64,000 bases of DNA, from contig JAPMXV010000030.1 in the NCBI GenBank assembly GCA_026936335.1, positions 62,001 to 126,000 on the forward strand. The letters run 5' to 3'. The translations under genes were made by a program, and so were the position numbers. Of this stretch, positions 25,701 to 36,212 are shown piece by piece (position 1 is the first letter of the stretch; each line of letters starts with the position of its first letter). Under the pieces are notes generated by a model. That model saw only the letters and a program-made list of their open reading frames with translations, did no database searches and had not been told where the DNA came from. Source of the DNA: Mantamonas sphyraenae STR306. Lineage: Eukaryota; Protista; CRuMs.

Positions 25701-26388
25701 GATTGTCACCGTGATCACTCTCATGAACGGCATGCTGTTCCTGTCCGGTGAGATGGACCAGACCAGCGTCGTGTCGCTGAGCATCGTCCTGGTGATCATC
25801 AACGTTGCCACGGTGTGCGTCTTCCTGGCAGTGCTCACCCAGAACTTCATCCTCATCAGCAAGCGGCAAAAGATGATTGTACGCATGCAAGAGAAGATCA
25901 AGGAGCAGTACGACGAGTACAAGCAGGCTCAGATGGAAGCTGAGCGTCTGCGACAACTGCGTGGTGAGGAGGAACCTGCGAGCTTCCGTTCACGTGCGAG
26001 CTCCTTCCTCAGCCGTGGGCGCTCGGGGAGCAAGAGCAGCAGAGCAAGTGGATTCTTTGGCCGCAAGTCGTCCCGCATGTCATTCAAGGCCGACCTGGCT
26101 GCTGTTGATCTGGCGCGCGAGGCGAGCCCGCCAACACCCAGTCGCGACGACGTAGAGGACCGCGACAGCGACGAGACCTCGACGGAACACACGGAGGACA
26201 CGCAGACACAGCTCAAAGCACGGCCGTTGACGATGTCCTTGGACGCGATGCTGGATGAGATCGAAGACAGCAACGACTCGCCAGCAACGCCTCCCATGGC
26301 GGCCATCGAAGAGGTAGAGGACGAAACGGGCGCAAGAGAAGGACACGAGCGTGATTCGCCTCCTCTTCCACCGCCTGCTGCGTTGTGA
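13790..26388 (+). CDS. Giant (~4070 aa) cell-surface receptor-like protein: signal peptide, 2 LamG/ConA-like, filamin-type Ig, 2 IPT/TIG, ~18 bacterial-Ig-like repeats, Cys-rich repeats, ~9-TM TRP/FLC-like C-terminal module
   Basis: Exons 13790-13841, 13966-14049, 14220-14681 and 14774-26388 total 12213 nt (4071 codons). Motifs: DNSWHHIV and SGAWHHVAF (LamG); PSFGPQQGGTRITLTGTNF (IPT); recurrent DAGGN; CQPCPNGQYQ and CSEGYEGPLCAVC; MKILLNYLQV; FLYDGYANKRFYWEMVIVARKL. Confidence 0.85.
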
Positions 26389-26449
26389 GGACCAATGAAG
26401 GATGTGATTGAAACCACCCCAGCCCAACCAACTACAGTACGTGTAACCC

Positions 26450-27609
26450 ATGGACTCATCTTTCGCGTTGTACAGGTGCGACGGCAAGGACTTGAGTCTG
26501 CAGATGACGAACCTGGGGGAAGAGGAGGAACAAATAGTCAAGGAGCACATGGCAGAGCGGCTGGCAAACGACATGGTGTACGAACAGTTTGGCAACTTTG
26601 CGCAAGCCGACCTGGGCACAAATGGCGAACAACACAGTGAGGAAGGGAGCAGCCACACTGTGTATTCGTGTTTGATGACATGCAACGATACCCAGCTGAT
26701 GATCTGTCTGCTGAACGAGTATGAGGACGGCTTTGACATGTGGGTTGCCAACACCTCAGCCCCTTACCAAACGCCGGTGTGACCACTGGCCACACCGCAC
26801 TCACACACACACTCACACACACACACACACACACGTGTACTCACCGCAGTTTCCGACCGGATCTGGACCGGTTCACTGCCGAGCTGGCAGTGCAGATTGA
26901 GCAGACGATGGACGCAAAGTCAGAAGGGTGGACTGAGGACAAGGGCCTTGAGGACATGTGCAGCCAGTGGTACAACGAGTACGTGTGCTTCCTGGCACGT
27001 GCGTTGGATGTACTGCACGGTGTGGTGGAGCACGTGCTGCACGGTGTGATGCTGAACCGACGCTGGACTGTGGTAGGCAAAGAGGGTGAGGAAGAGGAGC
27101 AGAGGACACGCGACGTGCTGAAGTTCCTCACTGCCGGGACGCTGTTGCAGTTTGAATGCGATGCTGTGGTGGGTACAGGGGAATCAGACAACGCAGAGAC
27201 GAGTGCAGAGACAGAGAACGAGCAGGAGGCCCAGGAGGCCGTTCCAGAGAGAACGGTGCTTGATCTGCGCCAGAGCCCGCCTGTCGTGGGACACACACAC
27301 ACAAACGCCTTTTGTCAGGCCTGGGCGCAAGAACTGCAGGATGGTCGATCCAACGGCGCAGTGAAGCTGAAGAACATGATGGACATGCGCAAGTTTACGG
27401 TGATCCAAGACCTGAACCTCATTCGCCGTCTGGTCAACCAAGCCATGGCTGACAACTATGCCCTGTACAAATCGTACCGTTCATTGAGCGAACACGACAA
27501 CGTGGATGTCCTCATGCACATCCTGCAGCAAGAGGTGCAGCCCGAGGACGCGGAAAGTACCCTGGAGGTCCTCGATGCGCTGCAAGCTCAGCTGGACAAC
27601 AACAAATAA
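26450..27609 (+). CDS. C17orf75: Njmu-R1 / C17orf75 homolog (WDR11-FAM91A1 complex subunit); intron 26740-26849
   Basis: The spliced FDIFRPDLDRF and the C-terminal NAFCQAWAQ...KFTVIQDLNLIRRLVNQAMADNYALYKSY...DVLMHIL resemble the recalled Njmu-R1 C-terminus (IQDTNNLKRFIRQAEMNHYALFKCY). Confidence 0.78.
26802..26834 (+). repeat. Intronic (CA)n microsatellite
   Basis: Read directly; similar tracts lie in introns at 5963-5983, 31624-31675 and 57493-57533. Confidence 0.85.
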
Positions 27610-27653
27610 TGAGCAATTGGGTAACATAAGGAGTGAGCCACACGAACGCAGCG

Positions 27654-30494
27654 TCACCTTCCGGCTCCATTCTTGCGAAGTGGCTTGCTTCCCATGGCAA
27701 AGAGGTCGTCCTCGTCTTCGTCGTCGTGCAGCTCCTCCAGCTCCTCTGTGTCGTCGTAGGCGTTGACAACACGCACAGTGGATCCTGCATCGTCGTCGTC
27801 GTTCCTCCTGTTGTACTTTTCAAACAGCTTCTTGCGGTTGAAGCGATGGTTGCGCCCCAGGCCTGCGATTCCGTGGCTTCCCCGACGTGTCGACTGCAGG
27901 CCCGGAAACGCGTTGGTTTCGCCGTTTGAGCCCACCACGCCAAACGAACCCTGGTTGGCCATGGATACAACCGGTTGCTGCTGCGACCAGCGGCCCATGT
28001 ATGCCTGCTGGTCCTGAAGCGAAGCCTGCATGGCCACCTGAATCTGCTCCTCCTCGGACAGCGCCGGAAAGTCGCTCTCCGAGACGTGGCCCGAGGTTCC
28101 GTGTCGTCCACGTGCTGTCGACGCCCATCCGTCGCTGCCAGAGCGTCCGGTGCTTTGGTCGTCGTCGTCTGCGTCCAGGCTGACCTCGGGCACGTCGTGG
28201 TCGTCGACCACCTGCGCCCCAGTTTGGGCAAGCGAAGGAAAGTCCTTCTTGCGCTGAAGCCTAGCCTGACGCTTGGCCATCTTGCGTTGGTCTTTGTGGT
28301 TGCGTTGGATGTGGTTGTTCAGCGAGGAGGCCTTGACGACGGCACTGCAATGAGGGCAGTTCTTCAGGCCGCTGTTGCCGCTGTCTCCCAGTTGTCCCTC
28401 GTCCTCTTCCTCCTCCTGGTCGCTGCTGTTTCCACCACGCTTCTCACGCGCAGACGCCTTCACGACGTGCTTCACTTGCTTGTACAGCGCAACCAGTGGC
28501 TCGCGCTTCTTTGGATCTGGCAACAATTCCACCACATCCAGGTACAGAGGCGTGTCTCCAAAGATGCCCCGAAATGTTTGCAGGTACTGAGTGGCATCGA
28601 TGTCCCCCGAGCGGTACTCTGCGCTCATCTGCCGGAACTGGCTCCAAAGCTCTGTCTCGACGTCGGCGTTGTCGTGCGTGTCTCTCAGCAGTTGCTTCAG
28701 CGAACGCACCACCTCTCGGTTGCGCTTCTCCATTCCCTTTTTGGTCAGCAGCTTGACCTGTCCGGGCTTTTCGCGCTCCCGTGTCTCGGACACCGACGAC
28801 GCCCAACTTCCTTCGGCCGACGTCGAGCCGTCGTGGTCGTCCACCATGACAATCCCATCTGTGTACGCGTCTGCGCTTCCATTTCCACTGTCGCTGTTGT
28901 CGCTGTTTCCATCTCTCCTCTGGCGCCCGTTGCGCTGGAACGGCTGCTGTGCGCCCTGAAAGCTGCTGTTGTTGTTGTTCTCTCTGTCCCGGCTGTTGTT
29001 GCGACGGTTGCGGCGGGAGCGGCCATTGTTGCCGTTGCCGTTGTTGTTGTTGTTGTTGCTGTTGCTGTTGCTATTGCCATTGCTGCCATTGTTGCCATTG
29101 TTGTTGCTGCGTCGTCCGCGCCCGTTGTTTCCTCCGCTGCTGCTGCTGCTACTGCTGCTGCTGCTACCACGTGTGGTGTGTTCAAAGTCCCCCAGGCGCG
29201 GGAAGGATGATGGGTCGACCTGGATGCGACGCAGATCCCGCTTCTGCTGTTTGCTCAACATGTTGCCGTGCTCGCTGAGCTTGTGCGCGTTGAGCGATTC
29301 CAGTGACTTGAACACAATGTGCTGCTGCGAGAGACACTCCTGAAAGTCGCACACGTAGTGCTGGTCGTAATAATGATCCTGCAGCTGGCCATAGTCCTTG
29401 TAAAAGGTTTGGCCGTCCATGCCTGCTCCTCGGCACACGTGGCAGAAGAAGTGGTCCTCGTTGAGGTGCCTCTCGAGCTCTTCGTTGTCGTACAAATGCT
29501 TGTGTGTGCAAAACCCACACACAGGGTGCCCTCGCACATCCTGCTTGCTGCGCACCTGCTCGCCGTTTTCCATTACGCCGTCGCCCTTTGTCATGTGGCG
29601 CTGCAGCTGCTTCTTGGTGTACAGCTTCTGGTGCATGGGAAACTCCTTCTTGCCGCGCAAGCAGACGTCGCTGCAGAGTGCACATGCGTGGGTGTGGGTG
29701 TCGGTGTCGGTGTGTGATTTCACACGGTGCACATGCGGCGCCGGGACGGAAAATAAGCACGGACGCGGGCGAGTCAGCGGACGGCGCATTTCCGACGGGC
29801 CAGGACCGGCAAGGGCTGTGGACTTACCAGAAGTACACGTGGTGCTTGCTTTTCAGATGGGCCTTGAGCTTCTTCATGTTGTCGAAGCGCGACAGCTCCC
29901 CCGTCTGTTCGTCGCAGAGGGCGCAGTACTTGCCGTAGCACAGTCGGTTGACCGCATCCAGCATCTCCTTGTCCTCAAACCACATGGACAGCCGCTTATG
30001 CTCGTACATCTGGTTCAAACGAAAGTCACCAAAGTCCTTGTTCGGGTTCTTGGTCACCACCATCTTCTTCATGTCGGTCTGTGTCCATTGTCCGCGGCGG
30101 CAAGTGTCAGACTCTTTTCTGGCGAAGTTGCTCCGCACTCGGAGACGGCGCTTTCCGAGAAAGACCTTTCACACACGCCCATGACACGACGTAGCGGCGT
30201 CCAAACACACACAGCACAACCTACCATGCAGTAGCACTTTGTCTTTTCGTACAGGAAGCGCTGCTTGAGCTGGCATCGCAGGCACACCTCTCGGTGGTTG
30301 CAAACACCAAAGGCAAGCGTGTGGATCGGCTCCATGCACAGCAGACACTCGCCAAACACTTCACTTCCTTCGCTCGTCAGCGCCGTTGAAGCATGTTGGC
30401 TCGATGCTCCGGCCAGCGATGAGTCGCTGGAGATCGATTGTGCACGTGTGGACATGTCTTGGCCACGGTGGAGCAGAGCGTCGCTGCTTTCCAT
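27654..30494 (-). CDS. ZNF598: ZNF598/Hel2 ribosome-collision E3 ubiquitin ligase; introns 30224-30079 and 29827-29671
   Basis: N-terminal RING (CLLC...CNH...CLRC), C2H2 array (FCDVCL...GHPVCGFC...HFFCHVC...HYVCDFQEC...HKLSEH), PAH-like region (FRQMSAEYRSGDIDATQY...LVELLPD) and DFPSL/DFPAL motifs. Confidence 0.9.
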
Positions 30495-30508
30495 TCCATT
30501 GCGTCTGC

Positions 30509-31198
30509 TCACTCTGTCTCTCCCATCATCTTGCCACTCGCCAGCACGTCTACTTCCATTTGGATGTTGGCTCGTGCCTGCTCCTCATATCTTTCCTGCA
30601 TGGCAGGCAAGCCAAAGATGCTGCCCATGTCCAAGAATCCCTCGAGAACCGCTCTCCTGCCTTTGCGGTAGTCCTCATCGCCATAAACGGAATATTCCTT
30701 GCGAACATTGGCTGCATAGAGAGCATACACATCGCTGGGTTGGCCCAGAACTGACATGTCGACGTCAAGGAAGAGCTGCAGCTCGTCATCCCCGTCGACG
30801 GTGCTGTGGCTCTTTGTCGCGTCAATCATGGCAACCACCCTCTGAACAAGTCCCTCTTCTGCTCCAAACTCCTTTCCGTAGTCCTGAAACAGCACGGCCG
30901 ATGCGTCTTCGTTGGCCCCACTCGATGCAGACGGGTCGTACACGGCGTCGTGGAAAAACACAGCCAGAGGCAACGTGTGCTCGTCTGTGACCAACCCCCC
31001 GAGGTCTCCTACCTCGTCCAAGACGCCAAACATTTGCTCCAGATGCGTCAGAGTGTGGTAGTGGCGGTGTGACTCGCCGTACAGCTGAGCGAGGCGATCC
31101 CACCACGCATCGCTTCCGTCAGCCGTGGTCATGCGACCTGCAGCAACGAGCGACTTTTGAAGCGCACTCCATCGAGACGACAGTGGACCAGAGGACAT
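30509..31198 (-). CDS. Predicted metal-dependent HD-superfamily phosphohydrolase (COG4339-like)
   Basis: Motifs YGESHRHYHTLTHL, AVFFHDAVYDP, NEDASA, FLDVDMSVLG, YAANVRKEY, YRKGRRAVL and ARANI; intronless. The start is uncertain (31198 or 31132). Confidence 0.85.
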   Translation of the reverse strand: MSSGPLSSRWSALQKSLVAAGRMTTADGSDAWWDRLAQLYGESHRHYHTLTHLEQMFGVLDEVGDLGGLVTDEHTLPLAVFFHDAVYDPSASSGANEDASAVLFQDYGKEFGAEEGLVQRVVAMIDATKSHSTVDGDDELQLFLDVDMSVLGQPSDVYALYAANVRKEYSVYGDEDYRKGRRAVLEGFLDMGSIFGLPAMQERYEEQARANIQMEVDVLASGKMMGETE

Positions 31199-31266
31199 TG
31201 GGATGGATTTGGGTTGGCATCTGGTGGGCGAATGGGGCTCCGCACTCGGAGGACAAAACCAAAACC

Positions 31267-34200
31267 ATGCTCCAGTCGGGCTCAACGCTGCAATCGGGCG
31301 CGATGGCACAGCAGAGCCTAAAGACACAGAAGCTGCAGACCCTGCTGCGCACCAAAGCCGAATTGAGCACGGGCACGGCGTCTGCATCGGCGTCGACAAC
31401 AGCCTCGGCCAGCGACCGAGCTCCTGCCATCGTCCTGTCCGAGGAGCTGGACCTGAAACGCATCATCAAGCTCATGAGCCACAAGCACAGCAAGGACATG
31501 ACGGAGCGCCACGTGCGTGCCGTCAATCGCATTGTCAAGCTGTACCCTCAGGGCTTGGTACGTGCCGAGTGGAGTTTTGGCCGTTTGCCCGTTGGAAGTC
31601 TCGACCTCTTCGTGCCCGCTCTTACACACACGCACACACACACGCACACATACTGGACACACACACACAAACACAGTTGATCACCGATCTGCCAGACATG
31701 CAGGTGATTGTGGAACGGCTGTTTGAATTTGTGGTGCAAGGCAACGAAGCGTACCTCGAGCCGCTGTGTCGGCTGGTGTCGCTTGTTGGTCAGCCCTTTC
31801 TGCAGGAGAACGCATCGGACATGGTCGTACACCACGACGTCGTGGTTGCCTTTGTTTCCAGCGTGGCCTCGCTGCTCCAAAGTGGCATAGCTGATCTTCA
31901 GTTGGCCGTGTGCCGTGCCCTGAGCACCATGGTCGACCGAGCCCAACCCACAGCCGTCGTCGCAAGGCCCAAAGGCGGTGTGTCCACCGTCCACGTGGAT
32001 GCAAACTCCAACAAGGTGTCCTCCAGCAGCAACAAGAGCAGCAGCAGTGCATCCCTGGGTGGCACCAGGCGCACAGGCACCACCGTGCGCTCGCCAAAGA
32101 CGGGCAAACCCAAACCGCCACGCGCGGCCAACAAGGCCTCCAGCACAGCCGTCAGCGCCTTTGCCACGCCCAAAACCCAGAAATTGGACTTGCAGGAGCT
32201 TCAGGAGTACAGTGGTACGGTGTATCACCATGTCAATGGAGTCAACAACCACCTGCTGCTGGAAGAGAGCGGCGCGGTGCCCCTGGTCATCGAAGCCCTG
32301 CGGTACAGACTCATCCTGGACAAGGGACGATCCGGAGCAGGAAACATGCTGCAAACAGGCAACACAGGCACAACATTGGGCTCATCCAACGCACAGGAGG
32401 ACGGCACGTCACAGGAGGAGGAGAACGGAAGCGAAATCGAATCGCAACTGGGCGCAACCCTCGAGGGATTGATCCGCACCGTGCGCGACTGCTCGTTCCA
32501 CAAAGAGACTGCCACGCAGCTGGTGGACGCAAGCGCCCTCGAGGTGCTGCCCAAATTTCTCAACATGGTGACGTTCCACCACGACCCAGTGGTGTACGAC
32601 ATCTTGGAGTGTGTGTGGAACCTACTGGAGGTGACCGGCCCTGCTGCAGCCCAGGAGCTGTCTGCGCCTTTGGCACTGCGTTCCCTCAAGGCCTTTTGGG
32701 TGTGGTTGCTGGTGCACGGCAACAGCGAGAAGGACAAGAAGCTGCGCAACCAGTTCATGGTGCTGTTCACCCTCATGATGCACCACAATCTGGCTCTGGT
32801 GGAATTCTGGCTGCAAACAAGCACGGCGGATCCCACAGACGAGGACACCATCCTGGAGATTGTCTGTGCCGTGTCCATGGGCGTCGAGTCGGGCCAAGAC
32901 ATGGACAGTCCGTATGTGCAACAGCACCTTCTGACAAACCACAATGAGGACTTTGTGTTTCGCCAACTGTGCATCAATCTCCTCTATCTCATGGCCATGG
33001 CGCTGCCCGAGGCACTGGCCTTTCAGCTCGACCACGGCCTCGCCGCATTCCTCGTCTCCCAGCTCGACAGCAACCACCGTTCGCCCCACCGCTGGGCCAA
33101 TCCGCAGCTGGACATGCTGCGTGTAGCAACCATCACCTTTGTGCAGACCTTCCTTGTGGAGGAGCCACACGTGGATTACCTCCTGGCAGAGGATGGCGTT
33201 GGGGTGCTTGTCGACTACGTGCGCCAGGCCTACGCCGAAGGCAAGCTGGAACTGGTCACGCAAGCAGTGCAGGCCATTGCCCTGCTGGCCCCTGCTACCC
33301 AGGACCTCCTCTGTGCCGAAGAATGCCTCCCATTCCTCGTCACTCTCTTCACAGACGCCAACCCGCACGCCCTGAGGTGCCATGCCCTCTCTGCCATCAC
33401 AGCCATGTGTGTCGAGCACAGCGACAGCCAGGACGCTCTGCGTCTGTGTGGTGGCGTGCGTCCCCTCGCCGATGCTCTGCGTCTCCACGTCGACATCGAC
33501 TCCAAAGACAAGCTGCTGCAGGAGGACGTCGCCGTGCGTGCCCTGGACGCCATCTGGACAGGCATCATTGGCAACCCTCTCAACGAGACAGCCCTGATTC
33601 TGGCAGAGGGTGTGGATGCCATGTTGGACTGTCTGGAGCATGCACCTCAGTTTATGCAGGCCCAACTTGTGGGTGCCCTGTCTGACCTGTTGCTCAACGA
33701 GGCCGTGGTGCCCCACCTGCTTGAGTGGCGTAGTGACGGTGAGTTTGGCATTGGTCCCTGCCAGCTCCTGCTGGACCTGTGGATTGCCGAAGAGGCCCGC
33801 CTGGGCGTCCAACGCAAAAAGGGGGTTGTCGTCAACGTGGACGAGCCCCTGGCTCCCACGGGCGAGGCAAAATCGTTTGTGTACGACGTGCGCTACGACA
33901 ACAGCGCCAGTGTGATCTCGCGTGAGATGCTCGAGGCATTGTGGACCGTGGATCTGCGTCTCAAGCTGTACTCGCTCATCACCGTGGTGGGCTTGGACAC
34001 CCTGAGTGCCAACGAGGACCTGAGCTGGGACGCACAGCTGTGCCTGCCCGTTATCGAGCGCTACATGACATTCCGCATCGGGCAGACATGGTCCGAAATG
34101 TACAAAGAGATGCAGCAGGAGCGCTTTCGACCCGTGTCGCCCGACCAGGACAGGCTCAACAAGGCATTGTCAAGGCGTATCGGGAATCGTTGGACACGGT

Positions 34201-34543
34201 GCAGGAGCAGAACAGGCTGAATGAGCTGCGGCGGGACGAAGAAAAGGAGATCGAAGGCGAGTTTTTCCAGATGCAACTCAACACCGTCAAGCTGGCCACA
34301 CAGAAGAAGGGCTACAAAGAGCTTGCGGCAAGGCAAAAGCTGGCCAAGAAAGCACAGGAGGCCAAGCGGAAGAAGATGGAGATGCTGAAGCGCAGCAAGG
34401 TGGCTGTGGCTCCAAGCAGCAACTTGTCGCGGATGACCGAGGCCAAGGAGGCCGAACTGGGCGCTGGCTGGGACGATGGTCAGCAAGATTGGGAGGAAGA
34501 GGAGTGGGAGGAAGGGGAAGAGGACGATGGCGAAGACGAATGA
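31267..34543 (+). CDS. CFAP69: Cilia- and flagella-associated protein 69; intron 31558-31676; frameshift near 34163
   Basis: N-terminal LDLKRIIKLM...VKLYPQGL|LITDL, ARM repeats (ECVWNLLE, DKKLRN, LDAIWTGIIGNPLNE, EGVDAMLDCLE, LWIAEEARLGV, RPVSPD). The C-terminal coiled coil continues in the frame of ORF 33941-34543. Confidence 0.88.
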
Positions 34544-34553
34544 ACATTTTGGA

Positions 34554-35951
34554 TCATGGGGTCTGCAGGCGGCTGCCAACACGCGAGCATTTGATGGTGG
34601 ACGGGATGTTCCAGGACTTGCCGATGAACCATTGGCCACCGATTCCCTGGAATGTCTCGACAAGGGTGGGCTCAAGCGCTGGGGCAGAGTCTTCAAAGCC
34701 GCCCCAAGCCATGCCGGCGCGAAAGAGGTCGGTGCGATTGTTGGCAAGTTCGACGAGCAGTTGGACGGCACGGGGCTGGATGCGGTTCTCCTGAACGTAG
34801 AATCCCAGAGACACGGTGTGGTTGACACAGTCCAGCAGGTCCTGGATGGCACTGAGGACGCGAGGGCGCAACTGGATGCGGTCTTGCGGCTTCTGCATGC
34901 GCTGGATGATACCAAAGCCGTGGGCGTAAAGCAGAGAGCCGCCGTTGAAGAGGAGAGTGTCGCCAGGGAGAGCTCTCCCACGGTAGATGTGGTCGAGGGC
35001 GCCGGCAGCAAGGTGGAAGAGTTTGAGCTTGCGGCGTTGGGGATACCCCGGCACATGGGCCAGCTCACGCATCTTGAAGGAAGCAACGGCATGGATGTGG
35101 AGGTCGTGGTGGGCTTCCATAAAGGCGGCGAGGTGTTCGATGAGCAACGGGTGCACGTTGCGCGACTTGAGATCAAGGACAAGCTGCAGCTGCTGCCCAC
35201 CTGTGAGACGTAGCATGTGGGCACGGACACGCGAGAGAGGCCACTTTTGAACAAAGGTGTGGTGGAAGATGGGAGGAAGGGGGTCGTGGATGGAGACACG
35301 CTCCTCGGAGGCCATGAGGTCAAGGGTTGCGTTGAGGTCCGATGCCACGCCAAGGTGAAGGGCACGCGCAAAGTGGTCAATCCAGTCGCGCACTGTGAGG
35401 CCTCCACCCACCTGTGTGCGAGATGTATGCAGAATAGAGTTGAATTGGGTGCCCCACACCTCTTCGGAGATGACCTGCGGGATGGTCCCGTGTGCGACGA
35501 GGGAGCCATTGAAGAGAACCTCTGCCTGCGACGCCGGGTCGACGTGTGCGTTGTACTTGCCCACATGTTCGTCAGACACGACCAGATCCCACTCCAGGAT
35601 GGTGGGACGAGAAAGGTCCCCGCGTCTACCCAGGAGCCAGAACGCAGCCACCACCGGGTTGTTCTCAAAGTCTTTAATCAGCCGTGCGGGCCGATGCAAG
35701 TGTTTCTCGGCGTCTGCATACACATCTGGCATGAGAAAGTCCAGAATGCGCTTCCAACGCGCGTTGTGCATCAGCTGCGGCGCAACCGCCATCCCACCCC
35801 CGTGGGCGTAAAAGGTGTTTTCCAGCGGCACACTCAGCTTGACCGAGTCTGTGTCACACGAATCTGTGTCTGCGCCACTCTGTGATCCACCGTCGGCAGC
35901 AAGGACGACTGCGACAAGCAAGAGCGGAACGAACAGCACAGGTCGCGTCAT
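34554..35951 (-). CDS. Secreted/lumenal protein of unknown function, possibly a GDPD/PLC-like barrel
   Basis: 465-aa intronless ORF with a clear signal peptide (MTRPVLFVPLLLVAVVLAA). The C-half has alternating alpha/beta segments (LQLVLDLKSR, AVASF, LLFNGGSL, LGFYVQE). The fold is a guess. Confidence 0.7.
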   Translation of the reverse strand: MTRPVLFVPLLLVAVVLAADGGSQSGADTDSCDTDSVKLSVPLENTFYAHGGGMAVAPQLMHNARWKRILDFLMPDVYADAEKHLHRPARLIKDFENNPVVAAFWLLGRRGDLSRPTILEWDLVVSDEHVGKYNAHVDPASQAEVLFNGSLVAHGTIPQVISEEVWGTQFNSILHTSRTQVGGGLTVRDWIDHFARALHLGVASDLNATLDLMASEERVSIHDPLPPIFHHTFVQKWPLSRVRAHMLRLTGGQQLQLVLDLKSRNVHPLLIEHLAAFMEAHHDLHIHAVASFKMRELAHVPGYPQRRKLKLFHLAAGALDHIYRGRALPGDTLLFNGGSLLYAHGFGIIQRMQKPQDRIQLRPRVLSAIQDLLDCVNHTVSLGFYVQENRIQPRAVQLLVELANNRTDLFRAGMAWGGFEDSAPALEPTLVETFQGIGGQWFIGKSWNIPSTIKCSRVGSRLQTP

Positions 35952-36212
35952 TTTCCGTGGCTGCGTGGGCGAATGCAGTTGTCCAAACGGATGAAGACGG
36001 TCCTCACGGTCTGTGGATGAGGGTCATGGTGGGTTGAGTAGGGACTGCGCACAACTCAAGAAACCGCGCGACCGGGGCTTCCACTCTGCGTGCGTGCACA
36101 TGCTGACACCAACACACGCATGGTCACGTCTGGAGCAGGCTCTACCTGCAATCCCCGTCGAAGCAAAGGGATGTGTGGCTGTGTGCGCAACCTCGAGCAC
36201 ATCATTGCGGCC

